From positions 136,710,001 through 136,774,000 of the forward strand of contig OZ320313.1 of assembly GCA_976226885.1 (NCBI GenBank): a DNA stretch of 64,000 bases, given 5' to 3'. Below, one piece after another: positions 24,160 through 38,600 of the stretch. Below the pieces are notes generated by a model. The model did not search any database, was not told the origin of the DNA, and saw only the letters and a program-made list of their open reading frames with translations. The number at the start of each line of letters is the position of its first letter. Position 1 is the stretch's first letter. This DNA is from Iphione sp. A-MEVVRFRX5 (lineage: Eukaryota). The translations under genes were made by a program, and so were the position numbers.

Positions 24160-27100
24160 TTTGTTTTAGTGTGTACTGCTGATGGATGGAGCATCCTGCC
24201 TCCAGCATCATTTTTTTCACTGGCACGAGTTCATCATACATACTTCAGACGACTGTGACTCTTGTCCTGACTCGGAGCCATCCGCATCGTGGTTCATCCC
24301 GCATCAGTCAGCTAGCTGAGAGTAATGCACTATTCCTGCACTCAGAGCCGCCCTCAATGGGGACTTCTTCGTCATTGGACATAAGCACTATCCTGGATTC
24401 GCCTTTGCCATGGCTTATCGCCTACTGTCAAATCCTGCTGTTGCAGTTATGAACCGCGCTGTTGTTGTCCCTGTTTTAACTTTTGAACATTTCAGGCCTT
24501 GCCCATGGTTATAGTCACGTTTAGGTGATGGACTCAGACAGCCCAGGCTTCATCAGAACAAATACTGCACTTGGCAGGTATCTTTCATCTTTTAAGTTTT
24601 GAGCTGTGTCAGTGGATCATGAGTGATTCCAAGCTGAATATTTGTACGGGTGTGTGTAGATTTAGTTCCTATTACAACCAATTGGCCGATTATGAAGGAG
24701 AAGTCTGCATGGGTTTGACTAGTGCCACTGACAGAGTGGACATTGTCCACCAAGATATGAGATAGCGAACCACAGACATTTTCATTTGGGTGTTTTCATG
24801 AGGCAACTGCCAACAGCTCAGTGAAGAGTCAGTTGACGCGATTGTGACAGCTCAGTAACGAGTCGGTTGACAAAACTGCTACTTACTGCACAGTAAAGAG
24901 TCGGTTGTCAAAACACTGAAATGTGCATCTGCAATTCCCTGTCTTCCATCACTGTTGACAACGTTGGCTGCATCACTGACACAAGACAAACCGATGTAGA
25001 CCAATTCTGCTAATGTACACTAGGTGTCCCCTCAGCTCTACATTGGCTTCTTAATGCGATGTCAAGGATACACCAAGCATCGTGGTAAACCGCTAAATGA
25101 ATGGAATTTTCAGTCTATGACAACTTATCTTTTCTGATCTGTTAGTTTTTTTCTCTGAAGTAGGACTTGATAATACTTTTCAGATGTGTGCCAACAACTA
25201 GAAATATCTTACAAGATATTGTTAGTTGGCCAGATAAGGCTCTGCGTTCAATCCACTGCGTATTCTTGTAGAGTAGAGAAATTGTATTATTTATATAGAT
25301 ATTTTAAGGCCCTTAATGATCAATATTTCGAAGTCATATGGGCGCTGCGTCTTGCAGAGTATGTCTTTATGTATATATGTGGATTTAAGACTGTAGAGCC
25401 TTGTTAATATTAACACGCTTTTATAAACTCCATACGGAAAGAGAGCAGTGAGTTTGATATCAACTTCAAACTTGAAGAGTTTGAAAAGGTTTCCGTATTT
25501 TTTATGAACACATCGACACATCATACATCACCAACTTGGATAAAGCACACAGCTTTGCAAAAAGGAAGCATTGTATATAAATACATACTCACTTCTCTCC
25601 CTCTATTTAGAAAATGTCTTTATCTGACCAGTAGGTAGATATATGTGTACACGTGTGTGTGTGCGTGTGCGTGTGTGCATGTTCAGTGTAACGGGAGGGG
25701 GAAGGGTTGAGGCCTGGGACTCGGGATGTCTAGGTTATGTAGTTAACGGCCTGGAATACACCAAGTGTCCGTTATGTGTGCCAAGTTATGAACTGGGGCT
25801 AGCTGTACATTTATAGCATATATCTAGTATATTTTTTTGTCGTGATGGCAACAACAATGCACTTTCTGTTCCGAGTTGACGGATCCTTTGAGACATGAAG
25901 TGAAGTCTTAAACAACTGTTTATGTTGTTAATTGTAAACCTTGCCAGGAATGTTACTTCTGTAATTCTTTCTTCACCTGCCAATTCTTGTGGTGTACGTG
26001 TGTGTGACTTGGGATTATGTACACTTCTGTGTTTACCTTTACCAGTTCCCAAGGAATGATAAGACATGATAATGGGTTCTTTACATCTGTGTTTAGCTAC
26101 ACCACTTCCCAAGGCATAATGGTTATGTAACTGTATATTATATACCTATATGTTTAACCGTACTGCTTACTGTGGAATGACGTTGGCACCAGAAAAGTAA
26201 ATCTGCAAGAGAAGTTTTAAATATGGCATGTGCTGTTCATAGAAGAAGTGACGCACAAACTGAATAAGGATTCATTCTAAAATTCTAGGCTGTTTGAACT
26301 CATTTTCGTTTTTGATGGTGACTTGAAAGATTTACCAATCGCTTGGAGACTTGGATATCGTCCATCCGCGCTTCTCTTTGACTTCTGAAGCCACTTAGCG
26401 CTTGTCCATTTCCTATCTTGAGACAAACCATTATGATTTAGCAAGGATTTGTAATGGTGTAGTGGCTGCAACAGTCAAAACGAGTGAAGTTGGGCAGTAT
26501 ACAAGCGTCAAAGAGGTAGATCAGTTCACTTAGATGGAGGTTTACGATCAAATGTGTGCATACAAGAAAAGCATTGCTGGAAAACCGTAGCCAGAATAAG
26601 CTTGTCAAAATATACCAGATCTGGAACAAGACTGTCTTGATTATGCTCCTGGTACTGGCTGCAGCTCATGTTCACCCTAGTCTAAGGTATCAAGATAAGA
26701 CTGCTATGAAGTAAGACTTATATCTGCATGCTGGTTCTATTATCCTATACCCAACATTCACAACCTAACAGCACACACAGTGCACAGTTGTGTACCAGCC
26801 TTGTATGTTCAATGGAGGTCATATCCTCTATGGTTGGTATTTGTTAGAGGATATTATGACCTCCATTAACTGAGCTGGGTAAAGCATGGTGTTGTGGGAG
26901 GGGCCTATTCTTTGATGTGTGAGCCGGCTTGTAGGCAGCTGATCAGATAGTAGCTTCTCACAAAGTTTGGCTGTTTTCCTATGGGAGCTGCAATGCTAAA
27001 AGGGATGAGGGGTGGAGTCTCTACCCAGACAAAGTATTTGTCAATCACCCACACTCCTGGGCAGGAGGCCAGCAGGTGGGGTTATCACTCATGCTGGGTT

Positions 27101-30100
27101 CAGAGTCGGAGGGAAGCAGGTGGGAGCGTTGAGCACGCTGAGCCGGCTTGCTCACTGGTGGTACTCCCCCCCCCCCCCCCCCCCCCCAGCTGCTAGACAC
27201 TCAGCAAGCTGGCAGGCTCACTAGCAGTCCATCTCCCTTCTCTAAGGGCCCCCTGTAGCTGCTAGACGCTCAGCCAGCCAGCCTGCTCACTAGTGGTCCA
27301 TCCCTAACGTCTAAGGATCACCCCCCCCCCAGCCGCCCTGGCCACAATTAGCAAGAGAACCACTGGGGAACAGCCAGGACTTCTTTAGAAGTGACAAAAG
27401 TCATCGTTTTGCGCGAAATTAGCGTAAGAACCACCAGGGAGCAGCCAGGACCTCTCTAGAGGTGACAAAGTTGGTGTTTTGCATGCTCTCATGTTCTCAT
27501 TGATCGTCATGCTCTCACTCATTTTCTCTCTGACACTCATGTTCTCACACATATTCTTAGTCATATTCTCACTCACACTCATTATTTGAGAGAATATGAC
27601 CTCCATATATGCAGCGTTCGCTCCAGTGTTGCTTGTTATATTGAAACACAGAATGAAAAGCATTTTTATGCTGGTAGTTGGTTTGCTATGACTTATCAGC
27701 GACTTCAAAGTACTCTGTGGCACTGAGCACTGCTGCCAAGATAAGACTACACATCATCCTAATCTGAGAAAACCTATAAACTGTCTTGACAATGCAATTT
27801 TCAGAGCATTTCTGAAACTGACCTTAACGTGAAGTCGTCAAGCCATATTGCAATAAGTCCTTGGTCCAGTGAGGTTCAGATTGGTCTTGTTCTGTGTGAT
27901 ACAAGTTGTGCAATATGTAATGCCGAATCTCGTCTCTCTCTCTCTGTCTCATGCGTCTCATGGTAATACAGTGCTGATGCTCAGGTGAGCTTTTTTTGAT
28001 GGAACGATACTGTTTACTGTCAACGGTTTAGTTGTGCATAGGACTGTACATATCAGAGGGATCGAACCATACAAATAGGTGCAAGCCCTAGGCAGTCAGA
28101 ATAATTTCTTGTCTTTGTTACTGGGACTGACACTAGGTGAACCACAAAGCAGCCTCAGACTATATTTGAGATTGAGTTGCCGCAGTGTGAAATGGCATAT
28201 TCCCACGTACACATACATTGTAAATACATAGCATTTTATGAAGTACACTTCGGTGTTTATGTGGTTTTAGTGCAGGGAAATGCAGAAAAGTGATTCCTCA
28301 TTGGTTTTGTTGTGATTGGTTTGGTCGAGTCTTAGTCTGTCATAAACATGTTAAGGATATTTGGCCAGCAGGGACCACAGTTTTATTATCAGTCAAACTG
28401 CCCTGTGATTCGGCAGCAGTGTTTGTATCAGTAATGGGTAGCAAGGGTTTATTGAACACCTAGGCTATATTGTGTTCATACGTCAGTTGTAGTTGACCGA
28501 TCCATAAGTGTCAAAAACAAAACAAAAAAACCTTTGCAATCTTGAAATGAACAATGTTTTGAAAGGGACTAATACTCGCCAGAGGTGAAGGAGGGGAGCC
28601 CAGACATGCACGTTTAGATTTACAACAACTTACAACTATCAAGGACTCAGCGATACCTCAGTTATCACCACCACACCTACACTAGCTGTAGGTCGGGCCA
28701 CAGGGTGTCTATAACCATAAACTCATTCTGCTGCCACCTTGTTTCAAAACCAACTGGCACCATTTCTAATGCTCCCCATCGCCATTTTAAATTCACTTCG
28801 CCTGCTGAACATGTAGTGGAGGGGTAACCTTGGAAAGATGCTCTCCTACCGACTGCATTTGTAGATCTAAATATGTGACAGTGAAATTATGTACATCTAC
28901 ATTATCGTCTATTCATTGGACTCGTGTTCATGTCCGATGTCGGGAAATGCAGGACTTGATTAAGGTGTAGAAACTGACTTAAAAGGGAAAAACGATAGTT
29001 ATAGATACGACTGCTGCAGTACATGTCTACTTATCTTGCATGTAATAAACTCACCTTCTGACATAATAATCCATATGCCCCTTGTCACTGTTCCAAGTTC
29101 CAGGTAAATCTATGAATGAGGTTAAATCTGAACATTAGCAAACGATTTGTTAGGATTTGTGCTCCACTTAGAGAATGTGTGCTGTAAATATGACTTATTT
29201 GTGTTTCAGCTGGTGGGAGGCCAGTCCATTATCATATTTACAGTCAGTTTCAGAAAGTTTCAGCAAATCTATGTATATGTACTTGCCCCAGCGTCTTGTA
29301 TTTCTGTCGTAATTTTCTTTCTGAGTTCAACCCTGAAACAAGATGTATATATTTATCTCAACATGTTTACCACATCCCATAATCGCTGTCATATGTTTGC
29401 TATTAGAATACCTGAAGATACGCGATTATAATTTGCTAGCAGGTGCATTTGAGGAAAGACCTCTACTGAAAGTAACACAAATTTCAGGATTTCCCCATGG
29501 CAGTTTTGTAGACAATGGTCTCGTACATCTTTTTTTCTTTTGAAAGGAAATCACCTTCTTACCCCTCTGTCCGACTTTTTCCTTCGTATGAGTCTTATCT
29601 GAATTGGGTAGGTTCGCCTTTCCCACTCTGATTGCCTATACTTGGGAACATCCTCGCCTATGGCCCTTCCACAAGGATGAGTAAGGGGTCGTCTAGATAA
29701 TATGTCAATAACATCAAAAACATCACAGGCTGAGTTACAGTGAGGGATGTTTTGACAATTCATTATGGATTTACTTCACATTGGTTGACATCAACTATAA
29801 TTCCTCTGGGTGTACTTTCTGTTGTATGCCCAAGAACTATCCACCTGCTTTCACCTAGGCTGAATAACTTTTACATATAACTGCGTTTTGGGAAGCACAT
29901 TTGGATGCCAGGTGGGTTTGTTCTGAAACTTGAAAATTAACTTATATAGTCCGTTGAGCCTTGAGTAAAGAATTTTTTATAGGTGGGTTTCATAGTGGTG
30001 GTGGTTGGAGTCACGTGATGCCTCATCTAATGACTGGTACCCCATATTAGTCATGATATTCAGGAATACATGTATATCAGAGCACACTTACAGTATAAAT

Positions 30101-30675
30101 ATATGCCAGTGTAAATAAATGAAAATAAATGAATACGAACAAAAATGAATCCGTTTTGTACAAATGCAGATCTGATCACAAACGTATGATTATATATAAA
30201 GTGATTTACGCCAGTTAAAGATATCGCTTATGGAAAAAAAATGTTTGCTGAACTATTATTTTGAGCAGGTATCGAGCATCTCAGAAAAGAACAAGGGGTT
30301 ACTGTACTTATTCTTGATCATTACAAACAGGTTTATCAGCCATGTTAACAAGAGAAGACCGGGATAAACTACAATACCACTGAAAATACCATAAAGTAGC
30401 ACAAAGAAAGTACCCCCCCGCCCCAGAGATCGACCAATACTGTTCAAGTGGTGGTGCCCCCTAGAGGATAAAATTGGTACTACAGGGTGCTTATTTGCTC
30501 GCGCCCTGTGGGTCAGACAATGTCATTAGTACTTGGATCGTGAACGTGCTGATTAGCCCCCCCCCCCCCCAAAAAAAAAAAAAAAAAAAAAAATCAAACA
30601 TGCTTGGCATGCAGTGGAACGTTGCAGAAGGGAATGAATTCTCTCCCTGCTATTGGAAAAGATCTAAGTAATCGA

Positions 30676-32660
30676 GGAAAGACTGGACACAAAGTCAGAA
30701 CAGCATGAACAGAGGAAGACCAAGAAAAATCTAGCCCCCCCCCCCGGTGACTACACGCTCTGCTGCACCTGAGATGGTGGAACAGCATGAAATGACCTCA
30801 CATACCAACACCCCGACCGCCTCAGATGACAAGGCAACTTCATTCACGCTTGAACCATCGGTTCTTAAGGAAGGAGCGGCATCACAAATACAAGAAGTAT
30901 TCACTCGTTAGTACCTGCAAGCCCTCGAGACCATGGTAAGAAGATTGCCCGCCTTAACCCAACTTCATGATTCTAAAGGACTCTGATAAATCAGACTTAC
31001 AAAATTTCCATTTTCACACTACTTCATTGCCATTACTTCTATGCTACTCGATAAGTTCATTGTCTACCCAGCAGATATCGTTACTCGGAAACCTACTTGA
31101 TACTGCTGAAGAGGTGTATAGGCCCAGTAATCATGTGGTCAGACATAGCCTGCATCGAGTTTATTAGGCATAGGTCAGTTAATGTCCATTGCAGGCCAAA
31201 CAAGGACAGCCCTCATATAATGAAGGACTTTTAACTAGCATGTCCTAGGTGGGCAGTAGCCAAGTGTACTGAACAATCGACCCATCAAATTTCAGAGGTT
31301 TTCGTGTCCCATATGCGTCCGTATTGTCCACAGTAAGCCACTGGAACATAAGACCAGAGTCAAAGAAGAGAGCCCAGCAGCTTCGGGACATCCTAAACGA
31401 GGACGTAGTCTTAGCAGCAGACCAGGGAATCGTGGCAGACCCGCCACGACAAACAGGACTGGTTCTCTATACATGTACATGTTTATGAACACGTCAATAA
31501 CATTCATTCCTCTCATTTTCAGGTCCCTCCCCCCAAAACCACTACCAGATGACGATCCACCGCGTATTCAGGTGGTCTATACCCTCCCTAGTAATGCCTT
31601 CTGACTTAGTACAGATTTCCTCCATCGTAAAATCTTCCGGCCTCCCTAATTTCCTGGAATCTCATGTCATTCTCTCCCCTCAAATCGATATTTCCTCCTC
31701 CAAGATCTTTCTCTAATGATACTCTCTTCCATTAACACTAATTTCCCGTCTATAAAGTCATGAGACCCATTTAGACGACTACATCTGATGTTCCACTCCC
31801 ACAGAGATTTGAAAAAGGCTCCCTGAAATTGCTCATCTCCACCCTCGGTCTACAGCTCGCCTCCGACAAGCTCTGCCCCCTGTGCACCAAAATTACTTGG
31901 CCGGGATGTAATTCAACTCAGCAACAAGATCGATGTCAATCTATCCAGAAAAAATTAAAGACCTAGCTAGTGCAGAAACCCTTGCTCTTACTAGTCCATC
32001 ACATCACATCTCCCAATCTTACAGTTAGAGGCATTCAACTCAGCTGTTGTTGTATATCTATTCAGGGGCCCTCACAATGCAAATACGAGAATTGAGCTCT
32101 TCTCTGATAACATCTCCACAATTTTTTTCCTTTCTACAGGTAGCCCTCTCTAGCCCTTATCCTAAGTGCAGTCTACCAGGATAGAAATTATAGCGGCTGA
32201 TGACCTGTCTAGGCGTCAGCTAGCCCCGAAATTCAAGGCCATCGTGAACAAATTTCTACGCTCTCACCCGGACAACTGTCCCATTAGATTTCCAACATCT
32301 CTAATCAAATATATCCAGTCCTTCTGATTTTGCAGATACTTACCTACAGACATAGCATACTATGGCCTCTTTTTAACAATTCCAAGCAGTCTACCCCTCA
32401 AATAAATCAAAGACGTATGAACCAAACCGTATGGCGATAGCCTTCTTCCACAAGTATGATTTTCCCATTCAAAATCTATCTGCCACATACATATCTACAT
32501 TAAGTACTTCAATGAGCTCAATTATTCTCCAGCAGTATTGTCCCAATATATTTCATCCCTTATAGTTCTCATTAGAACAAGCCCGTTTCAATTTGGATGT
32601 AGCCCGCTCAAAAAAGGTTACCAACGCCCTAGGGCAATCCTGTGACCTCTCAATCAGTGG
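30676..32660 (+). mobile_element. Degenerate DIRS/Ngaro-like tyrosine-recombinase retrotransposon (gag-RT-RNaseH-YR remnants)
   Basis: HLDDY at 31768-31782, then LGLQLASDKLCPLCTKITW and FNSATRSMSIYPEKIKDL (RT). RIELFSDN and AADDLSR at 32193-32213 (RNase H end). IYIKYFNELNYSPAVLSQYISSL from ~32493 (YR N-terminus-like). Multiple stops and frameshifts; boundaries approximate. Confidence 0.7.
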
Positions 32661-35600
32661 AACAGTGTTTCAATTTCAAAGATTTGTTATGTTGCTTATG
32701 TATCAAGCAAGAAACAATTCGTTCAGATTTAATAAATGCATTCCCATTATGTATTGGTTATTATGAGAGTGAAGCACGCCGACAATTGTAACAAAATTCA
32801 AGAATGATGAAAAATAGATGACTGGCGCTAATTGAAGTGAAACAAGAGACGGATGATGTGCAAAATTATCACAAACAAATTTATGGTAATGTTGACATAA
32901 TTAGTAGATAACTTGAACATGAACTTACTAGTTATTGGAAAATAAGATGAGTAGAAAGTGACTACCGGCATATCTGACCAAGACTCCAACTAAACCAAAA
33001 GTGATTACTGTTATTGCTGTCTGCAGTGGTGCCACCTGGGCTGGATCTCAGGTAGACACCTAGCGTCCATTCCCAGTACTAATGTTCACCAAGAAACCAT
33101 GTAAATAGTTTATGTCGAAACAAAGCTTTCAGCTAACAGCCAATCCTTGACTTGAGCAACAACCACTAATCCACGTTAGGCGTTGTCTGGGCTTGATTAC
33201 AATTGTGGGCTCAAATGACAGGCCAACTCACCCACCTCGAGATGTTGGTACTACTTCAACTGTCTACGGCCAGTAGGCTTGAGGATTCTTATTGCACTTT
33301 ATCTACTGCTGGTTTACTAGCTCTGTCGAGGGTCAATTACAGTTATCCCTTACAAAAACCTACTGCAACAGTTTGGAGTAATGATGTTTGTTAGAGTACA
33401 AAATAACTTAAAAAGTCACCAAAAATCATCAGTCCTGAGTCTGAGTGTATTCTTCATAACAATTCAGTGCCTGATGAGACTAACCGTCAAAACCGTATTA
33501 CAGAGGATATGCACAAATCGAACACTCATTTCTGAATTTAGGTACTCGTATAACCGAAATATTCGATTTCCGAATCCGAACGCTCATATTTCATAAAGCC
33601 ATTGAAATTATACTCATAAACCGAATGATAGTAACCACATTAATGCCGGATAATTTATTATCTTCTGATGTCTTCAATATCTCCAAACAACTATTATAAA
33701 GGTGAACCCAATAGGACGTCACCATAGTCATAGTCTGTATGTACCGTATGTGTATTCGACTATATTCATAAATGTTTTGCTGATGAAAATCAAAGGGTTG
33801 AGCTACTGATTGAAGATTTCGAGCCTCCTCCAGGTGTTGGCTGTCCTTAACCACTCTCTCCCAAATTCGTTATGAATCAAAGGGTTAAGCTACTCATTGA
33901 AGAGTTCGCACCTTCTCCAGGTGTTGGCCGCGCTTTACTACTCCCCTCACTATCCGAAAGCCGAAGAAACCGAAATGCAAATGATTTCGGCTGAAACGGC
34001 TATGATTCGGTTTTTGAGTATTGACTGTATAGTGGGCAGAATCACTGCCGTAAACCAATCAGATAAATTCACCATAGACAGACCCATATGTTGCCCCGAC
34101 AACAAGGGCCCTCCTTACATAACGCATAGAAGCCCAGCTGGCAGACCCACAAGTCGGTTGCACCTCGCAAAGTCTAGAACCTTGTAAATCTTCCCCCAAC
34201 TAGTCATCATATATGTGATGTCATATTGGAATGGGATTTGTCGACTTGCAGTTTGCCTGTGAGGTCTTTGCATGATTTCACCAATGGATTGCAAGGTTAC
34301 TTTGTTTGCCCAAAGTGCTTACCACCTCTAACCCCTGGGGTCCCCGGACAAAGGCACATTGCTTTGAAGTCTCAAGTGGACATTTAGTGTATGAGGAATG
34401 AACTTAAGTTAGAAGACACTCAAGTGAAAGTACGATATTGACGCTATGATTTTCTCATACACTGATGGCTACCTGCCGTTTCCTACCTCTCCTATCACTG
34501 TCGTGTAGTCTGTTCAACTTTGAATTGCTGATTGTGTCAGTGTATGTCTAGCTTGACCACGTGACATATCTCATGCAGCTGCTAGTATATAAAGAAATCA
34601 TAGAAGGACATATTTCACTTGGTGCGTTTATTTCGTGTTTTTTTTTCTTCTAAAAATCAGCGAATGGGTAAAACTTCAGGATTTAGTTTGAAAAGAACCA
34701 GGACAGGAAGAAACAAATGTATTTTGGAAAATATTTTTCCAAGTAAAATAATTCTGCTGCTTAATCACACAAGAAACTATTCACAATCACTTCAGTCCTC
34801 TCAGGTTTTTGTTGTTTTCTACCTTTTTAACGATTTTTGTCCACTAGTTCTGGTTCCATGCCGTTCATCCTTGCTATTCTTTTTGACATTTTGAAAATTT
34901 TACTTTTTATACTTAGGCCGGAGAAATACCAGTCTGATCAGCCTTGTTACTGAATACACCAAGTCTTTGGATTGCAAATCCTGGTTGCTAGTTTGCTAGC
35001 ACCAACAGTATGAGGAATTTCTTTTGTCTTTATTTTCCATAATTATATCATATATTATGGACAGATTGACAAAGGAATAAACCAATATTAAAGCTGTCGT
35101 CGCTGCTTTCCGATCTTCTGTGTCATTAAACTATTACTCCAGTAGTTAGATATACAGTAAATTTCTTATGGGAAATTAAGCTTAGGGCACGCCACTTTAC
35201 CCTCCTAGCCTCATTCAAACTAAATGCAGCTATATGTAGTGTACCGGTATCACCCGATAACATGCTAGGGATGAATATTCAGTGAAACACCACCACCCAG
35301 GAGCCAATTAAATCTTGTCTTATTATTACCCAGCAAGAGAATATTACAGTATACATATGCCAGAGGGGGGCTTTCCGACCATGTCAATCTGCTTAGCCCC
35401 TGTGTTCAACGAAGTCCTATTTAGTTAAGGTCATATTTCACTGGTAAGTTCACATAACTTACTAATTAAATGTTTATCATTGTCCAACCTATGTGGCTCA
35501 AGCCTACACAACAAGCAGCACGTTTCCCCACAGGACACATCTTTGACCCCAGAAGTAGGCAAACTTTTCATGTAAAAACCAAATTTCAAGATATAAATAT

Positions 35601-38600
35601 AGGTTTTTCCACCGGTATTTCTTAGCTTTTACTATTTCTAATATTATCCCAGGGAATCTTCAACTTATATCCAATATCCAACTTTAAGACATGATATGCC
35701 AAGCTACAAAACAAACTGGTCAGAGTGAAGTTCAAGTCAAAATGGAAGTATTGTAGAGATGGAGGTATTTTTCATTACTTAATTTCTATTGGTACCAGTG
35801 TAGTTTGTTTGTAATCGTTATAAAATTAAAGCTTTAAAACTTCTCTGTATAGCTTTATAATGTTTATTTTATTATTTATTAAAGTTTAGGGCTATTTATC
35901 TCAAGATTTACACAAAAATGTGGCGAGAGCAAGTAATGCTGCCGGTTACCTTCCTTAAAGGCTGGAACAAGAGTCGAAACAGATAGTGAGGACAGTGTTT
36001 AGTGCAAGATGTACATCATATATAATGAACATAGCATTGCTGGGCAAAAAAGTGTACATGTGAACAATTACATGATACACAAGTGCATGGAATGCATGTG
36101 GATTCCCCGCTAAACTAACAACGACGACACATTTAGCTGAGAATTTATCTTCCATCAGCATACTGCAAAGTATATGAAATGAGGTTTAATTCATACTATA
36201 CATATCATGACAGTTTCTGACGGAAGAGTACGAATTATGTTCTTCATAAAGTTTGATACTATGAAAATATCAAACAACTGGATGGTTAACCATCATAAAT
36301 ATAAATTGCCTTAGATCACTTCTCCTGCTGACGTCATCAATTCACGTGACCAGCAACATCTGGCAACATACAGAAGTGCCTCAAAATACGGGTATTCAAT
36401 CACAATCAATAGAGCAACATCAGCTCCTTTTCAGCGTTAAACACTATTGACTGATCAATGCAGCTGTAAAAAATGTTAGAACAACCATGTCCAGTTCTGG
36501 AAGGAGTGAAAATCACAATTCTCAGTTGTCAAGCTCCTCTCAATCGAGGAGTATAGTAATACTAACCGTATGTGACTAGCCGGTTCGCTTCATATGAATT
36601 CTTCATCCAAAGAGATGAAAGGGATGAATATTCCTAAGTCATCCCTTGCCCTGCTCCAATAAAGCACAAGAATCGTACTTACTTACGATTGTAAACATTT
36701 GAAGTGGCAGTCAACAAAATACTGTGCAGTAAACGTTCTGTTTTCTAATATCATGTAAGACAACCAATTGCAAACCTGACCGTCACATCGGTTTTGAATC
36801 AATATTAGATCAGATATATATGTAAGGGTAATTAAATACGATTCAAAATATACAAATTAATATTGTAAAACAAGAGATCTGTATTTACGTATGACAACGA
36901 CTGTAAAATGCATCCTCTGTCCGATTTTGAATCACCAGCATGACAAATATGATTAAAAGTGGTAATTACTGTTAAAATTAGACAGTAATGTAATGATCTG
37001 TTGTAAGCATAAAAGTCATTTAAAATACAACCTCTTCCGGCTATGATTCACTAACAAATCTGTGCTTACGTTGGTACAATACTTTAAAAACAAGCTAATA
37101 TCACAAAAAAGTCAGTGATAACATTTAAGTAAATCCTTGCTCGATGACAGAAGTTCTGCATGTAAATAAATCACAGAAAAAACAATACACTGGCGAGAAC
37201 AGGAACCAGACGCACCCCGTTAAGTTGTGCATGATCTAAAACGATTTCTTAAACCCACATACCATGAAGCTTTTTGATTGGAATCTTTCCAATACTTTAT
37301 CAGTAGGGTATGTATACGACACAGCGATGATTTACATGTAATGCTTAATTGTTTGCTTTGGGCAAGCAGTACATACACTGTGTGCAGAGGACGTCGACAC
37401 AACTAGACATACGAACACTTTGATATGCATGTACTTTGTGCATGGCGGAGTGCGAACAAATATTGGTTGATAGGCACGCAAGGCAACATTGCTGGCTCGT
37501 AAAAAACTGCTCCAAGTAATTAAGAATCATGAGATAGGAAAAACAAAGACAACTCGAACAACAAAGCATATGTCATAGGAGTATGTACACACGTATGTTT
37601 ACACGGTTTTGGAGACACCTCTTCATTCGCTCATCTCCCTGAGTACGGGATGGTAGCCTCATAGATCTACAGACAAAGAGAAAAGAATATGCCAAGAAAC
37701 AAATGTGCATCCGAGTGAGTAATCTTTATAGCATCGGACAACTCGGACTGTGGAAATGCACCATCTACTGATCCAGCCACTATCTATTGCAATGGAGCAA
37801 GAACATTCATTGCACGCTTTCGTTGCCTTTCTCAAACTGTGACACCTTTGCAACACATTTGCGAATCTTTGATCGCTGGTAAAATCGAACCCCATCTCTC
37901 CTTAACTCCAGGTTAAACTAGTCTTTTCTCACAGGAACAGCAAGCCTAGTTCAAACAAACAGGGTCTGTTTTTAAGTAAAAGTATCCACATCCCCTACCT
38001 AACAGCCATAACGGAGAAAACATACATTTGTTACTGATAGAACCGTGCAGCTGATCAGAGAACCGACACTTTCTCTGAGTGATTAAAACATCATTGCAAT
38101 GCATTATCTTGTAATAAAATAATAAAAAAAGAGTATGCGATCCCACTGGTTCCCCAAAGCTAGGAGGTGATGCATTTCTACGAGACATATTCCTCACGTA
38201 GATTTTCAACCACTCGGCAATACGTCAATTCGGGTATTTAGGGGTTGGTTGAACAGTTCGGACTGTGTGTGTGCGGGTTGATACCACCCTGGTAAATTGA
38301 ATCAGGTTTTATTTACGTGATAACTCTTAAAACGATAATTAAGTTTGATTATTGACTGTACTGCTTTTATTCCTCCTACAGCAAATGAAACCTTTATTGA
38401 TTTACATGTAAAGGCTTATAATCTTTATTAACCGCAACAAGATATGATGACTGTTCAATTAACCGATCGCCGAAATACAGTCATGATGTTTCTCCCGGTG
38501 AGTCGCTGACTCACAGTAAGCATCATTTTTACTGGGAATCAGCAGCCAAACTTTACATGGTCATAGAATCCTTAATAATGGCCCTAGAGAGACATTCTAT

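Noticed and set aside
27385-27723. 112-aa ORF with repeated M-S-x-x-E-N units
   Set aside because: Product of a degenerate short tandem repeat; no coding evidence.
29600-29710. Minus-strand YYLDDPLL, RT-like
   Set aside because: Isolated motif without flanking RT motifs at the expected spacing.
33500-34030. CCGAA/TTCGG motif cluster with an internal ~56-bp direct repeat (33788, 33876), possible hAT MITE
   Set aside because: Could not define matching TIRs or a TSD.
35955-37900. Fragments MEDKFSAKC and QFEKGN recalling RMC1/C18orf8, the vertebrate NPC1 neighbour
   Set aside because: Matches of only 5-6 residues in the wrong context, interrupted by stops, and no exon chain can be built.
37689-37916. 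ORF with one in-frame TGA (possible selenoprotein)
   Set aside because: No selenoprotein family motif and no SECIS recognised.
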